In this document: one piece after another, positions 49,401 to 53,116 of the stretch
Layout: each line of letters begins with the position of its first letter
How positions within the stretch are numbered: position 1 is the first letter of the stretch
Assembly: GCA_040771865.1 (NCBI GenBank)
Contig: JAXGZF010000008.1
Coordinates: forward strand, 20,722 to 84,721
Origin: Desulfobacterales bacterium
GTDB taxonomy: Bacteria; Desulfobacterota; Desulfobacteria; Desulfobacterales; UBA2245
Reading direction: 5' to 3'
Length of the DNA stretch: 64,000 nt
Notes under the pieces: model-generated
What the model saw: the letters and a program-made list of their open reading frames with translations, nothing else
The model's database searches: none
Told to the model about the DNA's origin: nothing
Made by a program: the position numbers and the translations under genes

Positions 49401-51758
49401 ATGGGTGCCACCGATGTCAGCCAGCACCCGGTTGATATCTGCAGCCAGATCTTCAGCGGAAGTGTTCCCTTTTGTTACCTTAGGGATAACGACATCGAAG
49501 GATTCAATATCATCCGCCGCATCCGCTTTGACTTTCAGCGTGATCCGGACACCTTCAGCCACGGCCTCTAACGATCCGCCGATTCCGGCATCGCTCAGGG
49601 CATCATTGATGGCGGATACGAAACCGGCCGATTCTGTACCAGCTGGCACAGTAATCGTAAATGTCTCTTCGGCACCAAACGTCGGAACGACTACTATGTC
49701 GATGGTGGCATCAACGGTCAGAGCCACCGTCGAAGCATCGGTATCGGTCGTAACGGAGAGCGTGATCATCTGACCATTAACGAACCCCGTTTCCGCAGCA
49801 TCCCCGTCAAGGTCCGATATGGCAATGGAGTTGATCGTCGTGTCGGTAGCCGCGAGTTCGATCCGTGTACCATCCGAACTCAGCTGGGCGACAACGTGAC
49901 TGGACCAGTATTCGCTGAATCCATATGGCCAGCTCACGGCTGCCATGGCGTCATTGATATCCTGAACCAGATCGGAAAGAGAGGTATTGTCGCTCCATCC
50001 GGGAGCTGTCTGGGGTAATGTGACTGTAGCGGTATACTCAGAAGTTCCTATCGTTACAATAATGTCGAAGGACTTGTCGCCGGGCGTTGAAAACTGGCCG
50101 GTTGTCGGTCCGGTATTTTCGGCCGCAAGCGGAAGAAGCTCCGCTTGTTCAGAAGGCGCGAACCCCAATTCTTCTATGGCAGTGTCGGTGGCAGGAAGGG
50201 TGATCACATACGGGAGCTGGCCGTTCACGGAAAGCAGGAATGAAATGTCCGAGGCAAATTCGTAACCCGCGGGAACTGCTGAAGCGGTGAGGACAACCTC
50301 GCCATCGTTGTCGCCATCCGAGGCGTATGCCTCGCCCGTTCCATCATTGTTGAAACCAAGCAGATCGGACTGCGACGGCACGGACAGCGTGATCTTGCCG
50401 GCGCCATCGTCGGCTACGGTGATGATATCAGCGAGCGCAGGGCTGGCGTCCTCGATGGCATAACGAATGTCATCAAGGAGATCTTCCAGGGATGTGTTCG
50501 CATCCCCACCACCGCTCCCTGTGTCGGCATTGGAGCCATTCGTGTTTTCGGCCTGCAGAACGATTTCCACCGGCGCGATCTGATCGTTGTTTCCGATCTC
50601 GAGAGTGAAGATGACGTCGTATTTCAATGTAAAGTTGTCGGGTTCCGTCAGATCCTCAATGGAGAAATCCGCTACAATCGTTCCTGGATCGGTGTTGCCG
50701 GAGGCGTTGGGCAGGGTGTCAAACCCGAGGGCGTCCGGGTCGCTCGGATCGTGGACCGAGGTTTCGATGAGCATGTCAATGGAGAAGTCGTCGTTGGCCG
50801 TTTCATAGGCTGCCCATGTTTCGAGGAAGCCCACGTTCATGGTGAATTGGCTCAGCGTGTCCTGATATGTGTCGACCGCGATCGAGAGTTTTCCTACCTC
50901 AGGGACCTCAATGTAGAACTCGCTGTCCACATTGTCGAATCCGAGGATGAAGTCCAGGGCAACGGTAGATCCCACCCAGGTGTACACAGTCGGCAAATCC
51001 TGAATCATCAGATCGCTGGCCTGTTCTCCCAAGTTAATAGGGTATTTATGCCAAAATGTGAGAGCGAAACTGACATCGAAGGAGGCGCCATCTTCCAAGA
51101 CCGAGGATGTAAAACCGTCGCCGTCGATGTCGATGTTGTCCACGGCAATATTTATCCCCTCGTACACCTCCAGATTTCCGACGGTGCTGCTGAACAAGGC
51201 CGAGCCATCAAGATTATTATTAAGGAAGGTCGCGAAATCGGTCTGGAAGGTGGGTAGATTTAAGGGATCATCGAGATCATCTGGGTTAGCTGGTGTGTAT
51301 TCGTCCAGGAAAGCGCTGATCTCGTCGGTAACGTAGGCATTGAAGAACTCCTCGAAGTCCACCTTGCCGTCTTTGGCAAATTGTAAAGGAGAGACAGAGA
51401 CCAGCTCATACTGATCCAGCCCATTGAGCGTGGCCTCGCCTGTATCTGTTCGGTCTCCGTCTCGGTTGAGGTCGGTCTCTATGGCGAGGAGGTCCTGAAC
51501 GGTGGGAGACTCGTTGTACCGCAAAACGCCGGGGACATAAGTGTCAAGAAGAGGCTCCTGATCGACGAAGTCCTGCACGACGGCTCCGAGGGCATCAAGA
51601 CCATCGGGCATCGCAACCCCAATGCCGGGGAGCAGGTCGTCGGCACTCAACAACAGCCGCGGCTCCATGGGTTCCATCATTGCTTTTCGTTGGGGTTTTT
51701 TAGCGGCGGCGGCGTCCTGCTTCCGGGCTAATCTGCGTAAATTTCTGGCGATACCCAT
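31452..51758 (-). CDS. Giant (6,768 aa) LEPR-xLL-leader repetitive protein with DLVxDINxAL modules, RTX repeats, LamG, Calx-beta and a metzincin-like C-terminus
   Basis: A single uninterrupted ORF with an ATG start (51756-51758) and AGGAGG 6 nt upstream. The leader and the C-terminal cassette are paralogous to those of the 9,430-codon gene. Confidence 0.95.
   Translation of the reverse strand: [6768 protein letters not shown]
31455..32070 (-). other. C-terminal metzincin-like domain ([11 protein letters not shown]) plus conserved acidic tail
   Basis: The domain reads ...[39 protein letters not shown]..., with the motif at 31713-31745. The tail is [44 protein letters not shown]. Confidence 0.7.
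32075..32750 (-). other. Two tandem Calx-beta domains
   Basis: The first domain (32425-32750) reads [22 protein letters not shown]...[61 protein letters not shown]. The second (32075-32410) reads [26 protein letters not shown]...[62 protein letters not shown]. Confidence 0.85.
32775..33790 (-). other. Two tandem LamG/concanavalin-A-like jelly-roll domains
   Basis: The two domains contain [41 protein letters not shown]...[14 protein letters not shown]...[20 protein letters not shown] and [30 protein letters not shown]...[14 protein letters not shown]...[20 protein letters not shown]. Confidence 0.7.
34100..40620 (-). repeat. RTX-type calcium-binding repeat region, including a ~115-120-aa super-repeat (about 36530-38790)
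   Basis: Repeat stretches include [194 protein letters not shown] and [20 protein letters not shown]. Confidence 0.85.
44050..50640 (-). repeat. At least 15 copies of a ~90-190-aa module with a central [ST]-L-x-D-L-V-x-D-I-N-x-A-L helix-like motif
   Basis: The motif instances, in order, are [178 protein letters not shown] and [13 protein letters not shown]. Each is flanked by (T)ADATF.V.I.. and ...I.L.A.D.SV..F.I strand-like segments. Confidence 0.75.
51636..51758 (-). other. LEPR-xLL-type N-terminal leader
   Basis: [41 protein letters not shown]. Confidence 0.8.
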
Positions 51759-51762
51759 AACC

Positions 51763-51786
51763 CACCTCCTGTGTTTATGAAGGGCG
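51763..51786 (-). promoter_or_regulatory. Conserved 5' UTR / Shine-Dalgarno block
   Basis: The minus strand reads CGCCCTTCATAAACACAGGAGGTG, identical to 30869-30892. Confidence 0.65.
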
Positions 51787-52579
51787 CTACCTTGTAATTT
51801 TTAGTAACTTATGATGAATGATCGTATTGTTATCGAAGGATATGAAAAGTCCTGCCCGTACTTACATATCCCTTTTGAGCCATTTTGTATTTCGTACTTT
51901 GGCAATAGAAGAGCTATCCCGGCAAGACCGCACAGCATCATCCGTGAAAAAACAGCTCTGCAATCGCGCTGTAGAGGAGCGGTATATAAGCAAGAAACCG
52001 ACAAAAAATCATGCTCCGGCATTCATAAAACCAGAGTGGTGGGGAATGCCCGGAAGGGAGATCAGACGCCAACTGCATGAACATGATGAACCCAGGGCCG
52101 CTTCCTGCTTATAACGCCCTGTTTTCCGTCCTAAAACCCAGACCTCCTAATTAGCCTGCGTTTTTCCGCTGCAACTTTCGTCTAAAAAAGCCTGATTTTT
52201 TATAAAGAAAAGAAGTGAATGATAAAAAATAACGTAAGGGTCCGACCATTGTCAATAAAAAAACAAATTGTTTTAGGGTGCAACGGGCACGCCTGTCAGT
52301 GGCAAGACGGGTTTTGGATCACCTCGGCGTATGCTTCGGCCCCCGTATTCACGGTCATGAGTACGGCCGGCGAGTCTTTTTTTGAATTCAGGATCGTTTG
52401 TCCGCTTTCCGCTGCCGGTGTTTTGTCGAAGGGTTCCGGACCGTTGTGATCGGGTCGTTGACTGGGGTGATAGGACCTGTATATGGATTTGGAGCTTCAA
52501 GGTCAAGGAGAATGACAAAAAGAGGCGAAAGCTTTGCTGCGGGGCTTTGATGAAATCCCTGAGGGGAGGGCCGGTTTTT

Positions 52580-53116
52580 TTACATACCCGCAAAATCTGT
52601 GTTCTTGAGTGCGACGAACCGGGCCTCGAGGTCGATCAGCTTCTTTTTCAGAGCCGTGCCTCCGCCGAAGCCGCCGCTTTCGCCGCTGGCGCGAATTACG
52701 CGATGGCAGGGGACGAGAATCGGAAACGGATTTTTGCCCAGGGCGTTTCCGGCAGCCCGGAATGCTTTGGGCCGGCCTACGGCTCTTGCAATATCCCGGT
52801 ACGAGCGCAGGTTTCCATAGGGGATCCGCGCGGTTGCCTCAAGCACGGCCCGCTCAAATCCGGTCAGATCCCGGGTGTGGAGCCATTGCCACGGCGGTGC
52901 GCCGATTCGTTTTCCTTCAAAATAAGCCTGTATCATCTGGACGACCTCGAATAGGGCAGGGGGCGAATCGTTGCGGTCATCAAGGGGCCGGGCCTTCGGG
53001 ACGCTCTCCCCGGGCAGGAGGATGCGGAAAATGCAGAAGGGCTCGGCCCGAAACAGGACGGCGAACGGGCCGAAGGGGCTGTCCGCCCTGCGAAGATCGA
53101 ACGGGTCGAGGGTCAT
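52580..53116 (-). CDS. ogt: Methylated-DNA--protein-cysteine S-methyltransferase (O6-alkylguanine-DNA alkyltransferase)
   Basis: A 178-aa protein with the active-site motif ILVPCHRVIRASG. It also contains the typical YGNLRSYRDIARAVGRPKAFRAAGNALGKNP helix-turn-helix region. Its ATG overlaps the upstream gene's TGA as ATGA at 53113-53116. Confidence 0.9.
   Translation of the reverse strand: MTLDPFDLRRADSPFGPFAVLFRAEPFCIFRILLPGESVPKARPLDDRNDSPPALFEVVQMIQAYFEGKRIGAPPWQWLHTRDLTGFERAVLEATARIPYGNLRSYRDIARAVGRPKAFRAAGNALGKNPFPILVPCHRVIRASGESGGFGGGTALKKKLIDLEARFVALKNTDFAGM

Noticed and set aside
1-51758. The possibility that the repeats are CRISPR arrays, satellite DNA or IS/transposon copies
   Set aside because: All repeats are in-frame protein repeats diverged at the DNA level. 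There are no short identical direct repeats with unique spacers, no terminal inverted repeats and no transposase- or integrase-like ORF in any frame.
52449-52510. ZTP (pfl)-like start GGGTCGTTGACTGGGG in the spacer upstream of the giant gene
   Set aside because: Only the first few nucleotides resemble the pfl motif. The obligatory downstream CCGCCTGGGC-type pseudoknot partner is absent.
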